Below are positions 21,916 through 32,098 of a stretch of 64,000 bases of DNA, in pieces. Numbering within the stretch: position 1 is the first letter of the stretch; each line of letters starts with the position of its first letter. The stretch spans positions 160,001 to 224,000 of the forward strand of contig CAWKKR010000006.1 in the NCBI GenBank assembly GCA_963850305.1. The letters are read 5' to 3'. Source of the DNA: an uncultured delta proteobacterium (GTDB taxonomy: Bacteria > Myxococcota_A > Polyangia > Polyangiales > Polyangiaceae). The notes beneath the pieces are model-generated. The model worked only from the letters and a program-made list of their open reading frames with translations. It was not told where the DNA came from and searched no databases. The position numbers were made by a program, and so were the translations under genes.

Positions 21916-24159
21916 TTAGTTCGCATTCGCGCCCTGCTCGATCCAGCTGCGGACGGCGTCGTCGTCGTCCGCATCGATGACGCCGCTCGAGTCGCGAGGC
22001 ATCTGAAGCCCGTCGTAGTTGTTCGGCACCGTCGACGAGAACGGCGACGTCTGAAGGTTGAGCGGGTTTATCTTGCGGTAGATGTAACTGAACTCGGGGC
22101 GACCGGGGTCGATGAGCAGGACCAGACACGCGCCCGAGTCGGCGACGTTGGACGTCCCCTGGCCAACGCAGGCCTGCGCTTCCACGAAGGCCGAGCCGAT
22201 GCCCACGATGGCCGCTGGCTTGTCGAACGTGTCGTGGCAGGCGATGCACCGATCGAACAGGATGGGTTCGACGTTGATCGACCACGACGTCGCCGTACTC
22301 TGCGTGGCGAAGTGGTCCGCGACTTCCAGGTTCCCCGACCGATCCTCGGCGCGGACGTAAACCGAGTATTCCGTGCGGGGGGTGAGCAGCGTGAGCGCCG
22401 CCGTCGTCGTGCCCCAGTTCGTGGTCACAATGACGTGATCGACGAAGTTTGCACCCTGGCAGTCCGCCGGAGTCGCGGACGCACAGATGTGATAGCGAAT
22501 GTCGGACGCAGAGTCCGTGTCGTCGGTCGCTGCCGGCCAGCTCACGTTGAGCTTCGACGCGGGGTTGATGACCTGGGTCACCGTGGGGTTCGCGCTCAGA
22601 ACTGGGGCGGTCGTGTCCAGCCCGCCGTCGGCGCTGGTGACCGCGGCGAGCGTGTGTCCCGAAGCTTCCTTGTCGTTCGCCGTCTGCAGGTTACCCGCGG
22701 CGTCGATCGCCCGGACGACGACGAACCGCGTCGTGTCCGGCGCGAACCCCGGGATCCGTGCGGTCGTGGTGCCAAGCACCGTCACCGTCGGCGTCGCCGT
22801 CGGCGAGAGCGGGAGCTGGCTCGAGGTTGCAAGGTAGAGCGCATAGCTGATCTGCTTCTGCGTGGAAGTGTCGTCCTGAGCCGGCGGCCAGGTGACGACG
22901 AGGGTGCCCGGGGAATCGCTCGTGACGCTCGTGATGCCGGTGAAGAGGGGCGGGGTGTTGTCGATGAGCGGCGTGTTGACCTGAACCTGGACGATGTTCG
23001 AGTCCCGATTGCCGACGGCGTCGCGTGCTCGCACGACGTAGAAGTACGCGGTCCCCGGCTGCTGCCCGGTGAGCGCGATCGACGAAACGCCGGGGTCGCT
23101 CGAAAACGTGGGCGTCGCGAAGTTCTGCGCGTGGGAGTTGAGCGCCTGATACACGTCGTAGACGATGTTCGGCTGCTCGGTGACGTTGTCCGTCGCGGGC
23201 GTCCAGAAGAGGCGCACGGTGGTGCCCTCCGCGTCGCCGCGCTTCACGCCGCCGAACGCCGGCGGGATGCCCTCGGGCGTGGCGGCCTTCAGGATGCGGT
23301 CGTTCTTGTCCTGGTTCCCGCCGCCGTCGATCGCTCGAACCAGCACGCTGTAGGTCGTCAGCGGAAGGAGGCCCGCGACGGTAGCCGAATGGACACCAGG
23401 CGCGGTCGTGAGCACCGGCGATCCGGACGCGGGATCCGGGGTTCCGTTGGCCGTCACGTAAACGGCAAACTTCAGGAGCGAGTCCGGCGTTCCGAGGTCG
23501 TAACCCGCGCCCCAGGTGACGCCGATGGAGAACGGAGACAGCGCCGTCACGCTGCGCACCCCGCCGAAGTCCGGCGACGTCGTGTCGTCCGCGGTGAAGC
23601 CAATCTCCTTCGTGTTCGAATCCCGATTGCCGGCGTCGTCCACGGCGCGCACGACGTAATAGAATCCTCTGCCGGGAATGACGTCTCCGACCACGCCGCT
23701 GGTCGCCCCGGCCGGAGCGACCACCGAACAAGCCGCATCCGCCTGCTCGATGGCGCCGGCATCGGGGAGCGGAGCGCCACATCGACGCGCCCCGGTGAAG
23801 TCCTCCTTGCCGGGTGCCGACGCGCGGTAGATCACGTACACGAGGCTCGCCGCCGGCGTTGCATTGTCCGTCCCCGCGGCCCAGGTCACGGTGACGCGGC
23901 CATTGCCGGCGTCCGTCACGCCGGTGATGCCGCCGAACTGAGGCGGCGTGGTGTCGGCGGGCGTAGCCGTGCCGCCGTCGGTGCCGCCCGTGCCGCCGGC
24001 GGTGCCGCCCGCGGCGCCGCCGCCGGACCCCGAGCCGCCTGCCGCGGCGCGTCCGCCCGCACCGGCGTCCTCGTCGAGCGGGGGACGAGGCTTGCCGCTG
24101 CTGCACGCGAACGCGACGCCTGCGGTCAGCGCCACAACCCCGAGCCAACGACTCTTCAT
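21916..24159 (-). CDS. Lipoprotein with five FN3-like repeats and a C-terminal monohaem cytochrome c domain
   Basis: AFAC lipobox; same repeats; CIACH, QMP distal Met, ends WIEQGANAN. Confidence 0.85.
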   Translation of the reverse strand: MKSRWLGVVALTAGVAFACSSGKPRPPLDEDAGAGGRAAAGGSGSGGGAAGGTAGGTGGTDGGTATPADTTPPQFGGITGVTDAGNGRVTVTWAAGTDNATPAASLVYVIYRASAPGKEDFTGARRCGAPLPDAGAIEQADAACSVVAPAGATSGVVGDVIPGRGFYYVVRAVDDAGNRDSNTKEIGFTADDTTSPDFGGVRSVTALSPFSIGVTWGAGYDLGTPDSLLKFAVYVTANGTPDPASGSPVLTTAPGVHSATVAGLLPLTTYSVLVRAIDGGGNQDKNDRILKAATPEGIPPAFGGVKRGDAEGTTVRLFWTPATDNVTEQPNIVYDVYQALNSHAQNFATPTFSSDPGVSSIALTGQQPGTAYFYVVRARDAVGNRDSNIVQVQVNTPLIDNTPPLFTGITSVTSDSPGTLVVTWPPAQDDTSTQKQISYALYLATSSQLPLSPTATPTVTVLGTTTARIPGFAPDTTRFVVVRAIDAAGNLQTANDKEASGHTLAAVTSADGGLDTTAPVLSANPTVTQVINPASKLNVSWPAATDDTDSASDIRYHICASATPADCQGANFVDHVIVTTNWGTTTAALTLLTPRTEYSVYVRAEDRSGNLEVADHFATQSTATSWSINVEPILFDRCIACHDTFDKPAAIVGIGSAFVEAQACVGQGTSNVADSGACLVLLIDPGRPEFSYIYRKINPLNLQTSPFSSTVPNNYDGLQMPRDSSGVIDADDDDAVRSWIEQGANAN

Positions 24160-24178
24160 GAGCGGATCTCCGGCGCCC

Positions 24179-25828
24179 TCATTCCGTACTCAAGCGCGGC
24201 CTGTCGAACGGCGTCGTTTCTTGCTGCACTCGCGGATCGGTCAACGCGTTTCTGAGGAAGTCCGTCAGCGCCGCGAGCTCGTCCGCCGTCAGCGTGAACG
24301 CCTGAATCGTCGGATCGCGCAGGAGCAACGCCGCGGAGTCCTGGCGACCACCTTGCTCGTACAGCGACAGCACCGTGGGTAAATCGTGGCCAGGACCCTC
24401 GCCGCTGTGGAGCAAACCGCCGGCTTCGCGGAGACCGACGTTCCGCAGCGTGGGCGTCTTCATCTTGCCCTCCAGTGTATGATCGTCGGGAACGACGATC
24501 GCCTCGCGCCCGGTGTCCCAGAACGGCTCGTGGAACCCGATGTAATGGAACGTGAGGTCCGTGAAGAGCGGCGGCGAGTGGCAGCGGTTGCACTGCGCCT
24601 TCCCCATGAACACCTCGAACCCCTCGACTTGCCGCGGCGTCATCGCCGAGTCGTCTCCGGCGTTCCACAGGTCCCAGGGGGTTTGATTCGAGATTAGACG
24701 CCGCTCGTGTGTCGTGATGGCGAACACGACGCGGCGCGTGTTGATCACGTTGTCCGCATCGGTCGCGGGGTGCACCTTGGTTCCAGACTGATTCCCGTAA
24801 ACGAACTGAAACAGATCCGGGTACGTCGGTCCGTGCTGCGCCAGGAAAGCGAGCATGTCCTGCGGAATGGCCCGCGCTTTCGCGAGGGGCGTGACCGTCG
24901 CAAGCTTGGCGGCGATGTCGGCCCAGCTCCGGTTCGCGCACGCCATCTCGTGCGAATTCACCGGCGGACCGATCGCCTGCGCCTCGAGCGCGCCGCCCGC
25001 GATGCGACCGGACACTGGATCCTGCTCGTCCACGATGAGCGGCGGCGCGTCCGCGGGAAGGTCGGGGTCGTAAAAGCACCCTCCCACGGCGCTGTCGATT
25101 CGCTGGCCCGCGTCGGCCGAAAGCTTCTTGCAATAGCCGGCTCGACCATCCCAGAAGACTTGATCCGCGAACATGGCGTCGAGGTAACTCGGCGGTTTCC
25201 GCGTCGTGGTCTGGACGGGTTGCGAGGTGTCGATGACGCCGGCCTGACTGCACACGGGCATCCCGACCGCCACCCGGAGATCGTCGGAAAGCGGGCCAGG
25301 GTTCGGATCCAGGATTCCATCGTACCCGGGGAGGTGAGCTGCAGGAAGGATGGCAGCCCGCGGATCGGAGCCACCGGCCTCCGCGCGGTGACAGGTGCCG
25401 CAGGCCATCGTGTCGAGCTGACCCATCTGTTCTTCCCAGAACAGGATCTTCCCGAGCATCGCCTTGTTGTCGTCCTTCGGGTTCTCGACCGTGTAGGGAA
25501 CGACGGGATACGCGGCGAGACCTTGAAGCGGGTTCTTGCCCGCGTCCGGCGCTGCGCCGCCCGCGCTCGGCCCAGCTTCAGGGGCCCCATCCGAGCCGCT
25601 ATCCGGCGCTCCGCCTTCCGAACTGCCACCCGCCTCCAGGGTGCCGCCCGCCCCGCCGGTGACTCCACCCTGGCCGCCCGACGTGTTGCTTCCGCCCGTT
25701 CCAGACCCCGCCGCGCCACCCGAGCCCGCGTCCGTGCCCTCCCTGGGCCCTGACGAATGGCTCGAGCATGCGAATACTGCGGATACGGCGGCTACGAAAA
25801 CCAGCCCATGCGAGCGACGAAAGTCCAT
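24179..25828 (-). CDS. Di-haem cytochrome c peroxidase / MauG family lipoprotein
   Basis: LGKILFW, CGTCH, FWDGRA, LEAQA, CNRCH, KTPTLRNV. Confidence 0.9.
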   Translation of the reverse strand: MDFRRSHGLVFVAAVSAVFACSSHSSGPREGTDAGSGGAAGSGTGGSNTSGGQGGVTGGAGGTLEAGGSSEGGAPDSGSDGAPEAGPSAGGAAPDAGKNPLQGLAAYPVVPYTVENPKDDNKAMLGKILFWEEQMGQLDTMACGTCHRAEAGGSDPRAAILPAAHLPGYDGILDPNPGPLSDDLRVAVGMPVCSQAGVIDTSQPVQTTTRKPPSYLDAMFADQVFWDGRAGYCKKLSADAGQRIDSAVGGCFYDPDLPADAPPLIVDEQDPVSGRIAGGALEAQAIGPPVNSHEMACANRSWADIAAKLATVTPLAKARAIPQDMLAFLAQHGPTYPDLFQFVYGNQSGTKVHPATDADNVINTRRVVFAITTHERRLISNQTPWDLWNAGDDSAMTPRQVEGFEVFMGKAQCNRCHSPPLFTDLTFHYIGFHEPFWDTGREAIVVPDDHTLEGKMKTPTLRNVGLREAGGLLHSGEGPGHDLPTVLSLYEQGGRQDSAALLLRDPTIQAFTLTADELAALTDFLRNALTDPRVQQETTPFDRPRLSTE

Positions 25829-25968
25829 TTGTTAAGTGCGTTTCGGTGGGTGAAGCCGCGGATAATACCCCAGCTTCGCGCGCTCACAATTCGCTTTTTC
25901 GCGGCGTCGTCGACTAGGCGTGCCGACAGTGTCCCCCGGGGCAGCTTGCGGTGTCGCCATGCAGCAAA

Positions 25969-26010
25969 GGAGGCGGAGGCGGAGGCGGAGGCGGAGGCGG
26001 AGGCGGAGGC
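25969..26010. repeat. (GGAGGC)7 microsatellite
   Basis: Seven perfect copies in the divergent intergenic region. Confidence 0.95.
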
Positions 26011-26108
26011 GGGGGACGTGGACGTGGAAGAAGTGGGCGTGTTAGCCTGGAGCTGACTAACGTTCTCCGACTGGCAGCCTCGACTGGCAGCGGACTCCAA
26101 CGGCAAGC

Positions 26109-27608
26109 ATGTCCCTTTCGACTGGCGACGTCATCGACGGCAAGTATCGGATCATCCGCCTCATCGGCGAGGGCGGGATGGGCGCCGTGTACGAGGGGGA
26201 GAACATCCGGATCCACCGCACGGTGGCCATCAAAGTTCTCCACGCCGGGGTCGCCGAGAATCAAGACGCGGTGCAGCGCTTCGAACGCGAGGCGCAGGCT
26301 GCCGGACGCATCGGTTCGGAGCACATCGTCGAGGTCCTCGACCTCGGGAACCTGCCCACCGGCGATCGGTTCATGGTCATGGAGTTCATGGATGGCGATA
26401 GCCTCTCGGCGCGCATCCAGAGCCGCGGCCGGTTGACGGCCCAGCAGACGTACCCGGTTGCCCGGCAGATCCTGGAGGGCCTCGCCGCCGCACACGGCGC
26501 CGGGATCATTCACCGCGACCTCAAGCCGGACAACGTGTTCCTGCTGAAGTCTCGCGGCGGACAGGCTGATTTCGTCAAGCTGCTCGACTTCGGGATCTCC
26601 AAGTTCAGCGCACTCTCGGGCGAGAGCGGCTTCAGCATGACGCGCACGGGGGCCGTCATGGGAACGCCCTATTACATGTCGCCGGAGCAGGCGAAGGGCG
26701 CGAAGGGCATGGACCATCGCGCCGACCTGTACGCGGTCGGCGTGATTCTTTACGAGTGCATCACGGGGAGCGTTCCGTTCAACGCGGACACGTTCAACGA
26801 GCTTCTGTTCAAGATCGTCCTCGAGACGCCGCAGCCGATCGAGAAGATCGTGCCCGACAGCGATCTGGCGTTCAACAAGATCGTCGAGAAGGCGATGGCC
26901 CGGGAACCGGCCGCTCGCTATCAGACGGCAAAGGAATTCCAGGCGGCAGTGAACGCATGGGCGAGCGGTGCCGGCGTGCCGGCCACCACCACCGCACTCG
27001 GAATGACTCCGCAGAACCCTGCCGGCGTCGCTGCGGGCCCGAGCGTGTCAGCGACACCGTCGGGCGACCCCGCGGCGGCAGGGTCGAAACGACCGGCGAC
27101 GGGAACGCCGGGCACCTGGGCCAACACACCCGCACCGTACATCGAAGGCGGCGCCGAAAAGAAGGGCAACCTCGGCCTCATCGCGGGCATTGCCGCCGGA
27201 GTCTTCGTGCTCGGCGGCATCGGCGTGGCCGTGGCGCGAATGTCGAGCCACGACGCGCCGCCCGTGGCGTCGGCCCAGCCCGCACCGCCGTCGCTGGACC
27301 AGGTCCGCGCGGCAGCGGCAGCCGCAGCGGCATCTGCCGCCGAACAAGCTGCGGCCGCGACGCAAAAAGAGGCGGACGAAAAGATCAAGAAGGCCGAAGC
27401 CGACGCCAAGGAAGCCGAAGCGCGCGCGGCGAAGGCCGAAGCCGACACCAAGGACAAGGATCAGGAAGCGGCAGCGCAGGCACGCGAACGGTTGCGAGTC
27501 CTTCGAGCGGCTCAGCCCGCGGCTCCGCCGAAGCCGGTGGCAGCACCCGCACCAGCGGCGCCGGCGGCACAAGCGCCGGCCGGCCGTCACATCCGGACAG
27601 AGCTCTGA
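26109..27608 (+). CDS. Membrane Ser/Thr protein kinase
   Basis: IGEGGMGAVY, HRDLKPDN, DFG, GTPYYMSPEQ, TM helix, Ala/Lys tail. Confidence 0.93.
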   Translation: MSLSTGDVIDGKYRIIRLIGEGGMGAVYEGENIRIHRTVAIKVLHAGVAENQDAVQRFEREAQAAGRIGSEHIVEVLDLGNLPTGDRFMVMEFMDGDSLSARIQSRGRLTAQQTYPVARQILEGLAAAHGAGIIHRDLKPDNVFLLKSRGGQADFVKLLDFGISKFSALSGESGFSMTRTGAVMGTPYYMSPEQAKGAKGMDHRADLYAVGVILYECITGSVPFNADTFNELLFKIVLETPQPIEKIVPDSDLAFNKIVEKAMAREPAARYQTAKEFQAAVNAWASGAGVPATTTALGMTPQNPAGVAAGPSVSATPSGDPAAAGSKRPATGTPGTWANTPAPYIEGGAEKKGNLGLIAGIAAGVFVLGGIGVAVARMSSHDAPPVASAQPAPPSLDQVRAAAAAAAASAAEQAAAATQKEADEKIKKAEADAKEAEARAAKAEADTKDKDQEAAAQARERLRVLRAAQPAAPPKPVAAPAPAAPAAQAPAGRHIRTEL

Positions 27609-27715
27609 GCGTCGAATCCGGTGCCCTTCGGTTGCCTCGCTCTTCGATACGAGGCGACCGAAACTCGCTCTAGGATAGAGGGCTCACGAGCCTGCGCGCG
27701 CCACGAGAGAGCAGG

Positions 27716-29128
27716 ATGACGAACTACGAACGCCTTTCGGCCCAGGACGCGTCGTTTCTCTACGCGGAGTCTCCCGTGTCGCACATGCACGTGGGCTCGC
27801 TGGCGATCTTCGAGAATGTCGGCGTCTCGGAAGAAGAATTGAACGCGCACATCGAGAGCCGGCTTCATCTGGTCCCGCGGTTCCGGAAGAAGCTCGCGTG
27901 GGTCCCGGCGTACCAGGGGCGTCCGGTCTGGGTCGACGATCCGCATTTCGATATCCGCTTTCACATGCGGTACACCGGGCTCCCGCGTCCCGGCGGCGAA
28001 CGAGAGGCGCTGCAGCTGATGGGGCGCGTGATGAGCAGGCCCCTCGATCGGCAGCGACCCCTCTGGGAGCTATGGTGGTTCGAGCTTCCCGGGAACCGTC
28101 TCGGCCTCATCCAGAAGACGCATCACTGCCTCATCGACGGTATCAGCGGGGTCGACATCGGCACGGTGCTCCTCGACCTGACGCAATATCCGCCCCCGGG
28201 GGATCCCCCGCCCGAGTGGCATCCTGCGCCGGTGCCGAGCCGCGAACGCCTGCTCGTCGATGCGGTCGTCGAGCGCTACACGAAGCCGGCCGAGATCTAC
28301 CGATCGTGGCGCGCGGCGACCCGGCCGCAACGCGAGCTCGCCAGGCGGGCGCTCGAGGTGGGGCAAGGCGTGTTCTCGTTCGGGCGCGCGGCGCTCGAGC
28401 GCGCGCCGGTCACGTCGCTCACGAAGCCCATCGGCCCACATCGGAGATTCGACGTGGTGCGGATGAACCTGGACGACGTGAAGCGACTGAAGCACCGATA
28501 CGGCTGTACCGTGAACGACGTCGTGCTCACGATCGTCACCGGCGGCATTCGCAAACTGCTTCTGTCGCGCGGCGACAAGATCGAGGGACTCGTGCTCAAG
28601 GCAATGGTCCCGGTGAGCGTCCGGGACCCGTCGAAGCGCATGACCTACGGCAACATGGTCTCCATGATGAACGCCGATCTTCCCGTCGGCGAGACGGACC
28701 CGGGCCGTCGCATCGCGTTCGTGAAATCTCGCATGGCGGGGCTGAAGGACTCGAAGCAGGCGGTCGGCGCGGATTTCTGGGTGAAGCTGTCCGAATACGC
28801 GCCGCCGACGATCCTCGCGCTCGCCGGGCGTGCAACCGTTGCGCTCCAGCGTATGGTGAACGTGATCGTGACGAACGTTCCGGGTCCCCAGTTTCCGCTC
28901 TACCTGAAGGGCGGCCAGATGCTCGAGGCGTTCCCGTGCGTCCCGATCGCGGGAACCGCCTCGCTCGGCATCGCGATCCTTTCGTACAACGGTCACCTGA
29001 ACTTTGGCCTGTGCGGCGATTGGGACATCGTGCCAGACTTGGACGTGTTGGCGACCGGCATCCAGGAATCCCTCCGCGAGTTGCGCGAGGTCGCGACGCC
29101 CGGGGAGATTCACGCCGGAGCGTCCTGA
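27716..29128 (+). CDS. Wax ester synthase/diacylglycerol acyltransferase
   Basis: RLSAQDASFL, LDRQRPLWE, catalytic HHCLIDG, TNVPGP. Confidence 0.93.
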   Translation: MTNYERLSAQDASFLYAESPVSHMHVGSLAIFENVGVSEEELNAHIESRLHLVPRFRKKLAWVPAYQGRPVWVDDPHFDIRFHMRYTGLPRPGGEREALQLMGRVMSRPLDRQRPLWELWWFELPGNRLGLIQKTHHCLIDGISGVDIGTVLLDLTQYPPPGDPPPEWHPAPVPSRERLLVDAVVERYTKPAEIYRSWRAATRPQRELARRALEVGQGVFSFGRAALERAPVTSLTKPIGPHRRFDVVRMNLDDVKRLKHRYGCTVNDVVLTIVTGGIRKLLLSRGDKIEGLVLKAMVPVSVRDPSKRMTYGNMVSMMNADLPVGETDPGRRIAFVKSRMAGLKDSKQAVGADFWVKLSEYAPPTILALAGRATVALQRMVNVIVTNVPGPQFPLYLKGGQMLEAFPCVPIAGTASLGIAILSYNGHLNFGLCGDWDIVPDLDVLATGIQESLRELREVATPGEIHAGAS

Positions 29129-29149
29129 ACTGAGAAAGGGGATACGGCC

Positions 29150-29821
29150 TTGGAAAAGCTCGTTCATTTCACGCGACCCGACGGCAAGGACTGCGCGGGG
29201 TACCTGGTCAATCCGGCGGAGGGCGAGAGCAGGCCAGCCGTCGTCGTGATTCAGGAGTGGTGGGGCCTGAATGCACAGATCCGGAAGATCGCTGACCGGC
29301 TCGCGGAAGCGGGCTTCCGCGCGCTGGTTCCGGATCTCTATCGCGGCAAGCTCGCGAAGGACGCGGACGAGGCGGGGCACATGATGAACGGCCTCAACTT
29401 CATGGACGCGGCCGAGCAAGACATTCGCGGCGCCGTCCAGTTCCTGAAGAAGAAGTCGCCGCAGGTCGCGACCTGCGGCTTCTGCATGGGGGGCGCACTC
29501 ACGATTCTATCCGCGCTCAGGGTGCCGGAGCTCTCTGCGGGCGTCGTCTTCTACGGCATGCCACCGACCTCCGTCGGTGACCCGAGCCAGATCGCGATCC
29601 CCATGAGCTACCACTATGCGAAAGTCGACGACTGGTGTTCGAAGGAGCGCGTCGACGCGCTCGAGACTGCCGTGAAAGCGTCGAAGTACGAGCACGTCGT
29701 TCACCGCTACGACGCCCAGCACGCGTTCATGAACGAGGCCCGGCCCGAGGTCTATGACGCCGCGTGCGCGAAATTAGCCTGGGGCCGCATGGTCGAGTTC
29801 TTGGGCCGGACGATCGCGTAG
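29150..29821 (+). CDS. Dienelactone hydrolase family protein
   Basis: IQEWWGL, PDLY, GFCMGG, HAF. Confidence 0.92.
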   Translation: MEKLVHFTRPDGKDCAGYLVNPAEGESRPAVVVIQEWWGLNAQIRKIADRLAEAGFRALVPDLYRGKLAKDADEAGHMMNGLNFMDAAEQDIRGAVQFLKKKSPQVATCGFCMGGALTILSALRVPELSAGVVFYGMPPTSVGDPSQIAIPMSYHYAKVDDWCSKERVDALETAVKASKYEHVVHRYDAQHAFMNEARPEVYDAACAKLAWGRMVEFLGRTIA

Positions 29822-30985
29822 TCATCTCATCGCGTCGAGGGCCCGCGCGGCCTCGTCGCGGACGGTTCGATCGGGATCGGTTGCCTTCGCTCGCTCGAGC
29901 GCCGCGCGCGCCGCTTCGCCGCCCAGGTTTCCGAGCGCCCACGCGGCGTGCGCGCGGACCAGCGCGCTGCGTTCGCTCTCGAGACTGCGGACGAGCGGCG
30001 GCACGGCGCGCGCGTCGTGCGAGTTGCCGAGCGCGACGGCCGCGTTCCGCTGCAGCTGGTGCTTGCCGACGCGCCGGAGAGCGCTCCGCCTGACGAGCTT
30101 CCGGTAAGCCGCGGCCCCCAGCGACAGGAGGTCGATGAGCTCCGGCGTCTCGAGCTCGGGTCGCGCACGCAGCTCCGGCGCGGCGGGCCGCTCGCTGGAA
30201 GAGGAGTTGAACGGGCACACGTCCTGGCATTCATCGCAGCCGAACACGCGCCGTCCGATGAGCGGCCGCAGATCGATCGGGATCGGTTCCTTCGTCTCGA
30301 TCGTCAGATACGAGATGCAGCGCCGGGCGTCGAGCACGTATGGGCCGACGAAGGCTCCCGTGGGACACGCATCGAGGCACGCCGTACAGCGGCCGCAGCC
30401 CTCGGCGACGGTCTCGCTCGGCTCGAGCTCGAAGTCGACCAGGAGCTCCCCGAGCACGAAATACGTCCCGAGCCCCGGCGCGATCGTCATCGTGGACTTT
30501 CCGGTGAAGCCGATCCCTGCACGACGCGCGACCTCGCGCTCCAGCAGGGGTGCCGTGTCCACGCAGGCCCGCCACTCGACGTCGCGTCCGACGAGAGCGC
30601 GGCACCGGGCACCGAGCTCACCCAGCTTGTCTTTGACGACGCGGTGATAATCCGCGCCCAGGGCGTATCGCGCAACGACGCCCACGAGCGGCTCCGGCGC
30701 GTCCCGGCCGCGGCGGAGGGCGACCGGTGTTCCCCGGTAGGGCAGCGCCGCGACGATGATGGTCTTCGCGGTCGGCAGCAGCTCGAGTGGGTTGGCGCGA
30801 TCTTCGGGCCCTCGCAGGTAACCCAGCGCGCCGTCCAGTCCCTGATCGAGCCAATGGGCGAGCCGGGTCCGGGCGCCGTCGAGGGTCGTGGCCCCGCTGA
30901 ACCCCACGCGGGCGAACCCGAGCGCCAGCGCCTCCGCGGTGATGCGCCTGGCGAGCCCAGGCGGCGTATTCACGGAATTTTCCAC
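29822..30985 (-). CDS. queG: tRNA epoxyqueuosine reductase
   Basis: ARYALGADYH, VDTAPLLER, CGRCTACLDACPT, RCISYLTIE, GCDECQDVCP, HEAT tail. Confidence 0.95.
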   Translation of the reverse strand: MENSVNTPPGLARRITAEALALGFARVGFSGATTLDGARTRLAHWLDQGLDGALGYLRGPEDRANPLELLPTAKTIIVAALPYRGTPVALRRGRDAPEPLVGVVARYALGADYHRVVKDKLGELGARCRALVGRDVEWRACVDTAPLLEREVARRAGIGFTGKSTMTIAPGLGTYFVLGELLVDFELEPSETVAEGCGRCTACLDACPTGAFVGPYVLDARRCISYLTIETKEPIPIDLRPLIGRRVFGCDECQDVCPFNSSSSERPAAPELRARPELETPELIDLLSLGAAAYRKLVRRSALRRVGKHQLQRNAAVALGNSHDARAVPPLVRSLESERSALVRAHAAWALGNLGGEAARAALERAKATDPDRTVRDEAARALDAMR

Positions 30986-31117
30986 TTTTGATGCCTCACC
31001 GGAAACCGAAGCTTGCGATCCGTCGACTCCTTGGGGAATAACCGCGCCGAGTTACGGGTCTATGCCCGCAAGTACGAGTACTGCGCCTTTCGGCTCGACC
31101 CGCAGGGGAAGATCTCA

Positions 31118-32098
31118 GTGATTGAAATCAGAGAACTCTACAAATACTACGGCGAAGCCCGAGCTCTTGGTCCACTTTCGGCGGAAATCGGGCAGGGTGA
31201 AATCGTCGGTCTCCTCGGCGTGAACGGGGCCGGGAAGACAACGGCCCTTCGAATCCTCGCGTGCGATCTCTTGCCGTCGTCGGGGTCGGTCCGCGTGGAC
31301 GGTATCGATGTCGTCGAGCGACCGGAGGCGGTGCGCGAGCGCATCGGGTATCTGCCGGACGTCCCGCCGCTCTACGGCGACATGCGGGTCGGAGAGTACC
31401 TGGCGTTCGCCGCTCGGCTCAGAGGGGTTCCGTCCAAGGACGTCGTGCGGCGCGTCGGCGCGGTGGAAGAGCTGACGGCGCTCGGCGAGCGGGATCGCGA
31501 TCCGATCTCCACCCTGTCGCACGGCTTTCAGCAGCGTGTCGGCATCGCGCAGGCCATCATTCACGAGCCGAAGCTCGTCGTCCTGGACGAGCCGATTTCC
31601 GGGCTGGATCCGGTGCAGATCGTGGAAATGCGCCAGCTCGTGCGGCAGCTCGGCGGCAAGCACACCGTGCTGGTTTCGAGCCACATCCTCTCCGAGATCA
31701 GCGAGACCTGCGATCGCATTCTCGTCATCAAGGACGGCGAGATCGTCGCGTCGGGGACGGAGGCCGAGCTCTCGACGCGGCTGCTCGAGGGGGTGCGGGT
31801 GCGCGTCACGCTCCGGGCGCGGGAAGAGCAAGAGGGCGCGGTCGAACGGGCGCGAACGCTGCTCGCCTCGGTCACCGGCGCTCGCGGCGTCGAAGCCGCG
31901 ACTACAGCGGAACGCGGTGACTACTTTGCTTCGTTCGTGGTCGACGCTGCGACCGACGTGCGACCCGCGCTCGCGCGCGCCGTCATCGAAGGTGGATTCG
32001 AGTTGCTGGAACTCGGACGCCTCGAACACGAACTCGAGAGCGTCTTTTTGCGGCTCGCCGGCGCGAGCAACAAGCCGAAGAACGAGGTCGCGTCGTGA
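31118..32098 (+). CDS. ABC transporter ATP-binding protein (GldA-like)
   Basis: GVNGAGKTT, LSHGFQQRVG, LDEP, SSH. Confidence 0.92.
   Translation: MIEIRELYKYYGEARALGPLSAEIGQGEIVGLLGVNGAGKTTALRILACDLLPSSGSVRVDGIDVVERPEAVRERIGYLPDVPPLYGDMRVGEYLAFAARLRGVPSKDVVRRVGAVEELTALGERDRDPISTLSHGFQQRVGIAQAIIHEPKLVVLDEPISGLDPVQIVEMRQLVRQLGGKHTVLVSSHILSEISETCDRILVIKDGEIVASGTEAELSTRLLEGVRVRVTLRAREEQEGAVERARTLLASVTGARGVEAATTAERGDYFASFVVDAATDVRPALARAVIEGGFELLELGRLEHELESVFLRLAGASNKPKNEVAS

Noticed and set aside
22234..24255. Long antisense or alternative-frame ORFs (also 2726-4465, 36224-38410, 48968-50758, 51285-53123)
   Set aside because: Shadow ORFs expected at high GC over well-supported genes
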